NCBI GenBank assembly: GCA_964579855.1
Contig: CAZOIM010000005.1
Coordinates: 1 to 51,208, forward strand
Length of the DNA: 51,208 nucleotides
Direction: 5' to 3'
Source of the DNA: an uncultured Ignavibacteriaceae bacterium
GTDB lineage: Bacteria > Bacteroidota > Ignavibacteria > UBA10030
Below, piece by piece: positions 42,175 to 50,275 of the stretch. How positions within the stretch are numbered: position 1 is the first letter of the stretch; each line of letters starts with the position of its first letter. The position numbers were made by a program, and so were the translations under genes. The notes beneath the pieces are model-generated. The model saw only the letters and a list, made by a program, of their open reading frames with translations, was not told the origin of the DNA and ran no database searches.

Positions 42175-44421
42175 ATGAAGTTGTTTGGAGCTGTCATACT
42201 TGTTGTGTTGGTTCTTCCGCTCGAACATGTTCGATCTCAACAACAGAGTGCGGATTGGGAAGTGAAATTTCGTTCGCTCACGAATAAGGACAACATTCGC
42301 GAAAACGACAAGAGACTGTCGGCAAAACCTCATCATCTTGGCTCTCCTTATAACAGAGAGAACGCAGAGTGGATTCTCGCGAGGTTTAAAGAGTGGGGGT
42401 TTGATGCGAAGATTGAAACATTCAACGTTCTCTTTCCAACGCCCAAGGTCCGTATTCTTGAAATGGTTGGACCCACCAAGTTCACCGCAAAACTCAAGGA
42501 GCCCGTCGTTCAGGGCGATCCGACATCCGACCAGCAATCTGAACAACTCCCGACATTCAACGCCTATTCGGTCGACGGGAATGTAACAGCGCCACTCATC
42601 TATGTCAACTATGGTATCCCGAGCGATTATGACGAACTGGAACGCCAGGGTATTTCGGTGAAGGGCGCAATCGTCATTGCCCGATACGGTGCGTCGTGGC
42701 GTGGCATCAAACCAAAAGTTGCGGCCGAACACGGAGCTATTGGCTGCATTATTTATTCCGATCCCCATGATGACGGATATTTTCGGGGTGATGTTTTTCC
42801 GAAGGGAGCATTCAGGAGCAAGGACGGCGTTCAGCGGGGGAGCGTGATGGATATGCCGATTTATCCGGGCGATCCGCTCACTCCCGGTGTTGGCTCAACG
42901 GAGGATGCAAAGCGTCTAGACCTCAAAGATGTCAAAGTGTTTACAAAAATTCCGGTGTTGCCGATTTCCTACGGGGACGCTCAACCTCTACTGGAAAACC
43001 TTGACGGACCAGTTGCCCCGGAATCCTGGCGAGGCGCGTTGCCCATTACCTATCACATCGGTCCCGGACCCGCGAAGGTTCATCTCCAAGTGGAATTCAA
43101 CTGGGATATTAAACCGGTTCGCGACGTAATCGCCAAAATCGACGGTTCTGTTTACCCGGATGAATGGATTATTCGAGGCAATCATCACGATGCCTGGGTC
43201 AATGGCGCAGAAGATCCTGTTTCCGGCATTTCGGCGGAACTCGAAGAAGCACGCGTTCTCGGTGTGTTGTTGAAGGAAGGATGGAGGCCAAAACGTACCA
43301 TCATCTATTGTGCGTGGGACGGTGAAGAAGAAGGATTGCTTGGTTCAACGGAATGGGTCGAAACGCACTCGGATGAATTAGCGCAAAAAGCAGTCCTCTA
43401 CATCAATTCAGATTCCAACGGCCGGGGATTCCTCGATGTATCAGGATCTCATACGCTTGAGAAATTTATCAACGGAGTCGCGCGCGACATTCTGGATCCG
43501 GAAAAAGACATCTCTGTTTGGAAGAGAAGTCAGCTGATGCAGATTTCGAGGAGACGTTCGTCGGAAGACCGTGCAGAAATCCGACATCGATCTGATCTTC
43601 GCATCGGTGCACTGGGATCAGGATCTGACTATACGGCGTTTGTTGATCACCTGGGAATTGCTTCGCTCGATCTTGGTTACGGTGGAGAAGATGGCGGCGG
43701 CATCTATCATTCCATCTATGACGATTTCTATTGGTACTCCCACTTTTCAGACAAGGACTTTGCCTATGGTCGGGTGCTGGCGCAGACCGGAGGCACGACC
43801 GTTCTCCGCATCGCCGATGCAGACGTGTTGCCTTTTGACTTTGGCGATTTTACCGACACGATCCAACGTTACCTTAGCGAAGTGAAGAAATTGCAGGGAT
43901 CAATGAGGGATGACATCCGAGAGAAAGACAAGGAAATTGAGGAAGGAGTGTTTTCCGCAGTCTCTGATCCTCAGAAAATCGCAGTTTCCCCTCCGAAGGA
44001 AGAAGTGCCGCCATATTTGAATTTTACGCCGCTCGACAATGCGGTCGAAAAGCTTTCTCATTCAACGGATCGATTCGAAGAAGATCTCGCCAAGTTGAAA
44101 CAATCTGAAAGTCCGTTGTTGAAGGGCAACGCCCTTCGAAATTTGAACAAGCATCTGATCATGAGCGAACGAACATTAACAAGCCCGGAAGGACTTCCCG
44201 GCCGGCCGTGGTTCCGACATATGGTTTACGCACCCGGGATGTATACCGGCTACGGCGTGAAGACGCTTCCTGGAGTGCGGGAAGCAATCGAACAAAAGCA
44301 ATGGAAGGAAGCGGATACTCAAATCGTTCGGGCTGCGAGCATTCTTGAAAACGAAGCGACCGTGATCGATGCGGCGAGTACTGATATTGAGAACGCGACG
44401 GAATCTCACTCAGGTAATTGA
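42175..44421 (+). CDS. M28-family peptidase, glutamate carboxypeptidase II / transferrin-receptor-like (PA domain, M28 domain, TfR-like dimerisation domain)
   Basis: GAGGAGGG Shine-Dalgarno and signal peptide MKLFGAVILVVLVLPLEHVRSQ at ATG 42175. Motifs GNHHDAWVNGAEDPVSG, CAWDGEEEGLLGSTEWVE, GSGSDYTAFVDHLGIASLD. The ORF-track start at 41929 is an unsupported extension. Confidence 0.88.
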   Translation: MKLFGAVILVVLVLPLEHVRSQQQSADWEVKFRSLTNKDNIRENDKRLSAKPHHLGSPYNRENAEWILARFKEWGFDAKIETFNVLFPTPKVRILEMVGPTKFTAKLKEPVVQGDPTSDQQSEQLPTFNAYSVDGNVTAPLIYVNYGIPSDYDELERQGISVKGAIVIARYGASWRGIKPKVAAEHGAIGCIIYSDPHDDGYFRGDVFPKGAFRSKDGVQRGSVMDMPIYPGDPLTPGVGSTEDAKRLDLKDVKVFTKIPVLPISYGDAQPLLENLDGPVAPESWRGALPITYHIGPGPAKVHLQVEFNWDIKPVRDVIAKIDGSVYPDEWIIRGNHHDAWVNGAEDPVSGISAELEEARVLGVLLKEGWRPKRTIIYCAWDGEEEGLLGSTEWVETHSDELAQKAVLYINSDSNGRGFLDVSGSHTLEKFINGVARDILDPEKDISVWKRSQLMQISRRRSSEDRAEIRHRSDLRIGALGSGSDYTAFVDHLGIASLDLGYGGEDGGGIYHSIYDDFYWYSHFSDKDFAYGRVLAQTGGTTVLRIADADVLPFDFGDFTDTIQRYLSEVKKLQGSMRDDIREKDKEIEEGVFSAVSDPQKIAVSPPKEEVPPYLNFTPLDNAVEKLSHSTDRFEEDLAKLKQSESPLLKGNALRNLNKHLIMSERTLTSPEGLPGRPWFRHMVYAPGMYTGYGVKTLPGVREAIEQKQWKEADTQIVRAASILENEATVIDAASTDIENATESHSGN

Positions 44422-44425
44422 AAAA

Positions 44426-45046
44426 ATGTCTCTGGAAATATTCCAAGCCTGGATAAGCACGTATGGCTATTTTGCTCTGTTTGGGTGCTTGACGCTTGGA
44501 ATCGTAGGACTGCCCATTCCCGATGAAACACTTCTGGCACTTTCCGGCTATCTCGTGTTCAAAGGGCAATTTAATTTTGTGACGACTGTTCTGACCGCAT
44601 TCCTTGGGAGTATTTCCGGAATCAGCCTGAGTTATGTCATAGGGAGGACGGGCGGATATCGAGTGTTGCACAGGTACGGACCGAGGTTTCATGTCACCGA
44701 TGAAAAAGTCAGAATGATGAATGGATGGTTTGAGCGCGTTGGGAAATGGATGCTGATGATCGGTTACTTTATTCCAGGCGTACGCCACTTGATGGCTCTG
44801 GTGGCGGGCAGTTCAAACATGCGTTACCCGGTCTTTGCCGTCCATGCCTATGTGGGTGGAGCAATCTGGTCTCTCACGTTCATCTTGCTTGGTTACTACC
44901 TTGGCGATTCGTGGGGGGATATAAAACACCATCGTCCCTTGCTTGCGCTCATAGCAGGATTGGTCTTTTTTGCTATTCTCATTTTCTGGTATGCAAAAAC
45001 AAGGACAACAAAATCACAGAACAAACGCTTAACAAAGGTCTCTTGA
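44426..45046 (+). CDS. DedA-family inner-membrane protein
   Basis: YGYFALFGCLTLGIVGLPIPDETLLALSGYL and FIPGVRHLMALVAGSS are DedA/SNARE-associated signatures. ATG 44426 is preferred over the 44369 extension, which overlaps the previous gene. Confidence 0.85.
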   Translation: MSLEIFQAWISTYGYFALFGCLTLGIVGLPIPDETLLALSGYLVFKGQFNFVTTVLTAFLGSISGISLSYVIGRTGGYRVLHRYGPRFHVTDEKVRMMNGWFERVGKWMLMIGYFIPGVRHLMALVAGSSNMRYPVFAVHAYVGGAIWSLTFILLGYYLGDSWGDIKHHRPLLALIAGLVFFAILIFWYAKTRTTKSQNKRLTKVS

Positions 45047-45072
45047 ATTAATGCAAGGTATCACAGTATAAT
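45043..45072 (+). promoter_or_regulatory. Candidate promoter with a long (~165 nt) leader upstream of the 45244 gene
   Basis: TTGAAT (45043-45048), an 18-nt spacer, then TATAAT (45067-45072). Confidence 0.45.
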
Positions 45073-45243
45073 ATTTGGTATTGTCATGAACAACGATCAG
45101 ACCCAACCTGACGACCGTACAAGGTGTCACAGCATTACAACCTAATGATCAACACTCTGTGAAGAGCAACAGCCGATCGAATTGATTGAAGCCGAACGAG
45201 GGGTCGGTTCAGCCTCGTTATCGTCGGGAAGGGAGCCGACGCA

Positions 45244-46074
45244 ATGAAAGAACCCGAAGTATCAAGAGAAGACCAAGTACCCCCAAGTAACCGACTAAGA
45301 ACTGCAACAGGGATTTTACTGCTTGCGCTGATCGTGTTTGTCGGGATCGATGCGTATTTCAACAACTGGAGCATCGTTCGGACACTCATATCGTTGAACA
45401 CGTTGCACCTGAAGGACAAGTCTGGCAACTCGTGGGATCTCATTGCTCGAAAGGATTTTCAGATCCTGAAGATCAAAGACATTCGCCGAGTGACAGACCC
45501 GGACAGCTTGGGTCTATTTGACCAATCCTACCGTGATGCGGGACTCTACCGGTTATACTTCCGAAATTCCGATTCATCCTCTGTGAGGCTGCAAAAAATG
45601 TATCAGGCACTCCTGAGTCTGGATTCTGCACAGACAATCAAACACACCGTTGAAGATGCAGACAGGGCATACCACAACGTTCAACGCATTCTTCATCCCG
45701 GCGAGTCAATGCGCAGCGATAGCGCATCCATGCGTCAGCGCGATTCAGCGAGATCAGTTTCAAAGAGCGATCTTGCCTTGGGGTCAGGGGATGAGACTTC
45801 GGCCGTTATCAGAAAGATCGTATCTAACCCCCAGGTGTTAGTCGGGGCAGGAATTGGCATCGTGGCTCTCGCAGGTGTCGACCTCTTACGGGGGGATGTC
45901 TACGTTGCTTCCTCACGGGAGGATGTCTTTCGTATTGACAGCATCGTTGTCGGGACGCACGCGGGATCCTGGGAGGGTTCTCCGATCGACATTCTCTGGA
46001 CGTTTTCTCCAAAAGATTCTTCAAGAACGAAAACTACGGTGGTAGCGAAGAAGCAGGCAGAGAAGTCCAACTAA
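45244..46074 (+). CDS. Hypothetical membrane protein
   Basis: 276 aa. TM segment near the N-terminus (TGILLLALIVFVGIDAYF) and a second hydrophobic stretch (VLVGAGIGIVALAGV). No recognised motif. Confidence 0.5.
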   Translation: MKEPEVSREDQVPPSNRLRTATGILLLALIVFVGIDAYFNNWSIVRTLISLNTLHLKDKSGNSWDLIARKDFQILKIKDIRRVTDPDSLGLFDQSYRDAGLYRLYFRNSDSSSVRLQKMYQALLSLDSAQTIKHTVEDADRAYHNVQRILHPGESMRSDSASMRQRDSARSVSKSDLALGSGDETSAVIRKIVSNPQVLVGAGIGIVALAGVDLLRGDVYVASSREDVFRIDSIVVGTHAGSWEGSPIDILWTFSPKDSSRTKTTVVAKKQAEKSN

Positions 46075-46112
46075 TCGTTCTTCCCGATTAATGTAGAAGC
46101 GCTCACCAAATC

Positions 46113-47363
46113 ATGAAAACGACAGATCCTCTAACCAAACGAAGGAAAGACTTTCCTTCACTAAGCCGCAAACACCACGGGACACCTCTTGCATTCTTTG
46201 ATGGCCCTGCAGGTTCGCAAGTTCCAAAGCAGGTCATTGATGCGATAGGATCATATTACAGAACCTCTAACGCGAACTCGTGTGGCGCGTTCGTTACGAG
46301 CGTTGAGACGGATAGGGCTTTAGAAGACGCAAGATCGGTCGTAGCATCATTTCTGGGTGCGAATGACAGCAGAACAATTTCGTTCGGCGCCAATACGACG
46401 ACGTTGAATTACTCCCTAAGCAAAGCAATTGCACGGTCGCTGCACCCCGGTGACGAAATTGTGATCACGCAATTGGATCATGAAGCCAACCGAGGGCCGT
46501 GGCTTGCACTCCAGGATCAAAAGATCATTGTCCATGAAGTCCGTCTCAAGTCAGATGGGGTTCTTGATTACGATGATTTCCGGAAGAAAATTGGAGCGAA
46601 GACGCGGCTTGTTGCGATGGGGTTGGCATCGAATGCTCTTGGTACGGTCAATGATGTCGGACGTGTGCGCGAGTGGACCCGGACCGTTGGTGCGTGGCTC
46701 CTCGTTGACGCCGTGCATTACGCGCCCCATTTCTCAATTGATGTCGCTGCATTCGATGTTGATTTTCTTCTCTGCTCGGCATACAAATTCTACGGACCCC
46801 ACGTTGGAATTCTCTACGCGCGCGATGGTCTTCTTAACAAACTCGCGACAGATCGTCTCAGAGTGCAGGATGAAAACGCACCCTATCGGATTGAGACTGG
46901 TACGCTGAATTATCCGGCAATCATAGGAGTAAAATCCGCCATTGAATATATTGCCTGTATCGGAAAGGGCAGGACACTGCGAGCGAGGTTGGAAAGTGCT
47001 TACAAAACTATTCATATTCACGAAGACACGCTTGCTCGTGAAATTCTTGAAGGTTTACAAGCGATCCCGCGAGTGACGATTTACGGACCTCCGTTTGACG
47101 CTACGTTACGAGCACCAACGATTTCATTCACCATCGATGAGATTACCGCGGAAGTGGTGTGTAAGAGACTTGCAGCAAAAGGCATTTGCGCCTGGGATGG
47201 TCACTTCTACGCGATCCGCGCAATCGAGGTTCTTGGTTTGCTCGATAAAGGAGGCGTGACTCGAGTGGGAGTCTTGCTGTACAATACTCGCGAAGAAGTT
47301 CACCGCCTCTTAAAGGAAATCCAGAAAATCGCGGGAAACATAACCCAGAGTCATCGGATGTAA
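46113..47363 (+). CDS. Class-V aminotransferase-fold PLP enzyme (cysteine desulfurase-like)
   Basis: ITQLDHEANRGPW, LLVDAVHYAPH, and CSAYKFYGPHVGILY with the candidate PLP-binding Lys. No obvious SufS/IscS partner genes are adjacent. Confidence 0.75.
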   Translation: MKTTDPLTKRRKDFPSLSRKHHGTPLAFFDGPAGSQVPKQVIDAIGSYYRTSNANSCGAFVTSVETDRALEDARSVVASFLGANDSRTISFGANTTTLNYSLSKAIARSLHPGDEIVITQLDHEANRGPWLALQDQKIIVHEVRLKSDGVLDYDDFRKKIGAKTRLVAMGLASNALGTVNDVGRVREWTRTVGAWLLVDAVHYAPHFSIDVAAFDVDFLLCSAYKFYGPHVGILYARDGLLNKLATDRLRVQDENAPYRIETGTLNYPAIIGVKSAIEYIACIGKGRTLRARLESAYKTIHIHEDTLAREILEGLQAIPRVTIYGPPFDATLRAPTISFTIDEITAEVVCKRLAAKGICAWDGHFYAIRAIEVLGLLDKGGVTRVGVLLYNTREEVHRLLKEIQKIAGNITQSHRM

Positions 47364-47920
47364 CTGGCAGGGATTCCAAAAGATTAGAAAAGATAGGCGA
47401 CACGGACGTAAGGAATTTTAGGATTATTCGCCATATTGCCGCACAGGCAAAAGGTTCGATATTGATGAGTTTGATCCTGACGGCTCCAAAGAAAAGTCCG
47501 AATGAACGAATTATTCACGTTGCATCACGAGAATAGTCTTGCTATTTTAGTTGCATAATAGCCGCGGGGATGAATCGGCTGTTGAAGTATTTGAATTTTT
47601 CGATATCATAAGTTGAGCCGAGATTGCACGTTCCGCTATCTCCCCATAGTGAAGAAAGGCGTTGTCTTACCTAAGAATCCCCTGGTCCCTCTTTCCCCCC
47701 AAAGAGAAGACCATCTTAGGTTGCTTTATACAAACAGCGTCAAATGAGCGTGGGAACTCGGCTCTCTTTTTCTTCCAGCAAGTTGCAGACGGCACGAGGG
47801 TTTTGATCGACTTGCACAGTTCAACTGCCCGGTTGCCAATACCTGCACGTATTACAGTCTCTTCTCTCGTCTGACGCTTACCACCTTTCAGCTACTCACC
47901 TCAATCGTCAAGCAGCATTC

Positions 47921-47949
47921 TTGAACGATAGATTTGATTTCTCTATATT
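47921..47949 (+). promoter_or_regulatory. Sigma70-type promoter for tRNA-Gly
   Basis: TTGAAC (47921-47926), an exact 17-nt spacer, then TATATT (47944-47949). The -10 element ends 30 nt upstream of the tRNA 5' end. Confidence 0.6.
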
Positions 47950-47979
47950 AAGCCTCGCATTAGAATTTCTACACAGAGT

Positions 47980-48051
<72 letters not shown>

Positions 48052-48290
48052 CGATAGAGTGACAATCAGGAATATCTCACCGGGCCGCCTTCACGTTCTC
48101 CTCTGTTGTGTTGTGGCTCGTTTTTTTTGCTGCTGGAAGCTTGCACTCCCAAAGAAGTCGAAAAATCAGAGCGAGAGATTAAAACGTTATGAGATAAACA
48201 GCAATGATTTGCTTCCCAAAGGAACTAAGAACCGCCTAAATTCGTCAATAATGCGGAAGAACGTCAAAACCCAACTGCAAGGAGAAACAC

Positions 48291-49274
48291 GTGGACATCA
48301 AAACCATCAATGAAATGATTAAACGGGAAAGCGAATTCGTTGACGTCCTGACCTCGGAGGTTGGGAAAGTCATCATCGGTCAAAAATCAATGGTGGACCG
48401 GCTCCTCATTGGTCTTCTATGCCAGGGCCACATACTGTTGGAAGGAGTTCCTGGCCTCGCAAAGACCCTTTCGATCAAAACGCTTGCGGCTGCAATCAGT
48501 TCGAAATTCCAGCGAATTCAGTTTACCCCGGACCTACTGCCAGCCGATCTTGTTGGAACAATGATCTACAATCAGAAGGATGGCAAATTCTTCACCCGTA
48601 AAGGACCTCTTTTTGCCAATTTCATTCTGGCGGACGAAATTAACCGCGCTCCTGCAAAAGTTCAGAGCGCTCTTCTTGAAGCAATGCAGGAACGTCAGGT
48701 GACGATCGGGGAAGAGACGTTCAAACTCGAAGAGCCATTCCTCGTTCTTGCGACACAGAATCCGATCGAACAAGAAGGAACGTATCCATTGCCGGAAGCC
48801 CAGGTCGACCGCTTCATGCTAAAGGTCAAGATCGGTTATCCGACACGGGAGGAGGAGCTCGCGATCATGAAGCAAAACATTGCAAACGAAGACAAACGTG
48901 TTAAAGCAGTGGTTTCTCCAAAGGAGATCCTCTCGGCGCGCGAGGTCGTGAGACAGGTGTATATGGATGAGAAGATCGAGCGTTACATTCTGGATATCGT
49001 CTTCGCAACGAGACAACCGAAAGACTTCAAGTTGGAAAAACTTGCTCCGATGATCAGCTATGGGGCATCGCCAAGAGCCACCATCAATCTGGCGCTCGCC
49101 TCAAAGGCGCACGCCTTTATCAAGCGGCGCGGATATGTCATACCGGAGGATGTCCGGGCAATTTGTCCCGATGTGTTGCGTCATCGTGTTGCCGTCACAT
49201 ACGAAGCGGAAGCGGAAGAAATTACTTCGGAAACAATCGTGGCTGAAATTCTGAACGCTGTGGAAGTCCCCTAG
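48291..49274 (+). CDS. MoxR-family AAA+ ATPase
   Basis: Walker A LLEGVPGLAKT. Walker B FILADEINRAPAKVQSALLEAMQE. QNPIEQEGTYPLPEAQVDRF. AAGGAG Shine-Dalgarno before GTG 48291. Confidence 0.93.
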   Translation: MDIKTINEMIKRESEFVDVLTSEVGKVIIGQKSMVDRLLIGLLCQGHILLEGVPGLAKTLSIKTLAAAISSKFQRIQFTPDLLPADLVGTMIYNQKDGKFFTRKGPLFANFILADEINRAPAKVQSALLEAMQERQVTIGEETFKLEEPFLVLATQNPIEQEGTYPLPEAQVDRFMLKVKIGYPTREEELAIMKQNIANEDKRVKAVVSPKEILSAREVVRQVYMDEKIERYILDIVFATRQPKDFKLEKLAPMISYGASPRATINLALASKAHAFIKRRGYVIPEDVRAICPDVLRHRVAVTYEAEAEEITSETIVAEILNAVEVP

Positions 49275-49399
49275 AACAATTGAGGATGTTCTCCTGAACA
49301 TATGGAACGGATAGAACATCAATGTCGGAGAATACAGAGAGGTCCTGTCAAACAATGATTTCAATTTCTTTGCCCACTTTATAGTTAATGCTCTAAACG

Positions 49400-50275
49400 A
49401 TGGAAACCAAGGAACTCCTGAAGAAAGTCCGACAGCTTGAGATTCGCACGCGCGGCGTTGTGAACCAGGTCTTTTCTGGCGAGTACCATTCCGTGTTCAA
49501 GGGACGTGGCATGGAATTTTCCGAAGTGCGCGAGTATCAGTTTGGGGATGAAATACGAACGATCGATTGGAACGTCACCGCTCGCCTGGATCATCCGTAC
49601 GTCAAAGTGTTCGAGGAAGAACGCGAGCTTACTGTCATCCTTCTCGTGGATATGAGCGGATCGCAATTCTTCGGTTCCCAGACTTCCCTGAAGCGGGACA
49701 TTGCCGCGGAATTGAGTGCTATCCTGGCGTTTTCAGCGATGAAGAACAATGACAAGGTTGGGGCAATTCTTTTCACCGATCAAATTGAGAAATTCATTCC
49801 CCCGCGAAAAGGTCGTTCGCACGCGCTCAGGATTGTGCGAGAGCTTCTTTCGTTCGAGCCTCGACGCAAGACGACAAGTTTAAAAACGGTATTGGAATAT
49901 CTGAACCACATACAGAAAAAGCGGAGCATCGTGTTTCTGATTTCAGATTTCATGGATTCGGGTTACGATTCCGCACTTCGGATCGTCGGGAAACGGCACG
50001 ATCTGATCGGTCTTGTGCTGAGAGATCCGCACGAAGTTGAGTTGCCGGACGTAGGTCTCATCGCCTTCAAAGACGCAGAAACCGATTCACAACGATGGAT
50101 CGATACTCATGACAAAAAAGTGCGGAATGGTTTTCGAACATACCTCGAGGCAGTTCAGAAGAACCGACGATCGCTGTTCCTGAAGTCGAAGCTGGATGGC
50201 GTTGAGATTCCTTTGGATAAGCCATATATGAAGCCGTTAGTGGAATTCTTCCGACTCCGAGAACGTCGATGGTAG
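49400..50275 (+). CDS. DUF58-family (vWA-like) protein, MoxR partner
   Basis: Hallmark REYQFGDEIRTIDWNVTAR followed by a vWA-like VILLVDMSGS motif. This is the standard position after MoxR. Confidence 0.88.
   Translation: METKELLKKVRQLEIRTRGVVNQVFSGEYHSVFKGRGMEFSEVREYQFGDEIRTIDWNVTARLDHPYVKVFEEERELTVILLVDMSGSQFFGSQTSLKRDIAAELSAILAFSAMKNNDKVGAILFTDQIEKFIPPRKGRSHALRIVRELLSFEPRRKTTSLKTVLEYLNHIQKKRSIVFLISDFMDSGYDSALRIVGKRHDLIGLVLRDPHEVELPDVGLIAFKDAETDSQRWIDTHDKKVRNGFRTYLEAVQKNRRSLFLKSKLDGVEIPLDKPYMKPLVEFFRLRERRW

Noticed and set aside
42016-42768. 250-aa minus-strand ORF
   Set aside because: It is antisense to the M28/PA-domain peptidase gene, which has a strong SD, a signal peptide and catalytic motifs.
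44159-44788. 209-aa minus-strand ORF spanning the peptidase/DedA junction
   Set aside because: It is antisense to two well-supported genes and has no motifs.
47364-47979. Tried to match the spacer to RNase P RNA, SRP/4.5S RNA, tmRNA or 6S RNA
   Set aside because: None of the universally conserved strings I remember (GAGGAAAGUCCGGGC / ACAGAACCCGGCUUA for RNase P, GGUCCGGAAGGAAGCAGCC for SRP, the tRNA-like 3' end for tmRNA) is present on either strand. It is kept only as an unassigned structured region.
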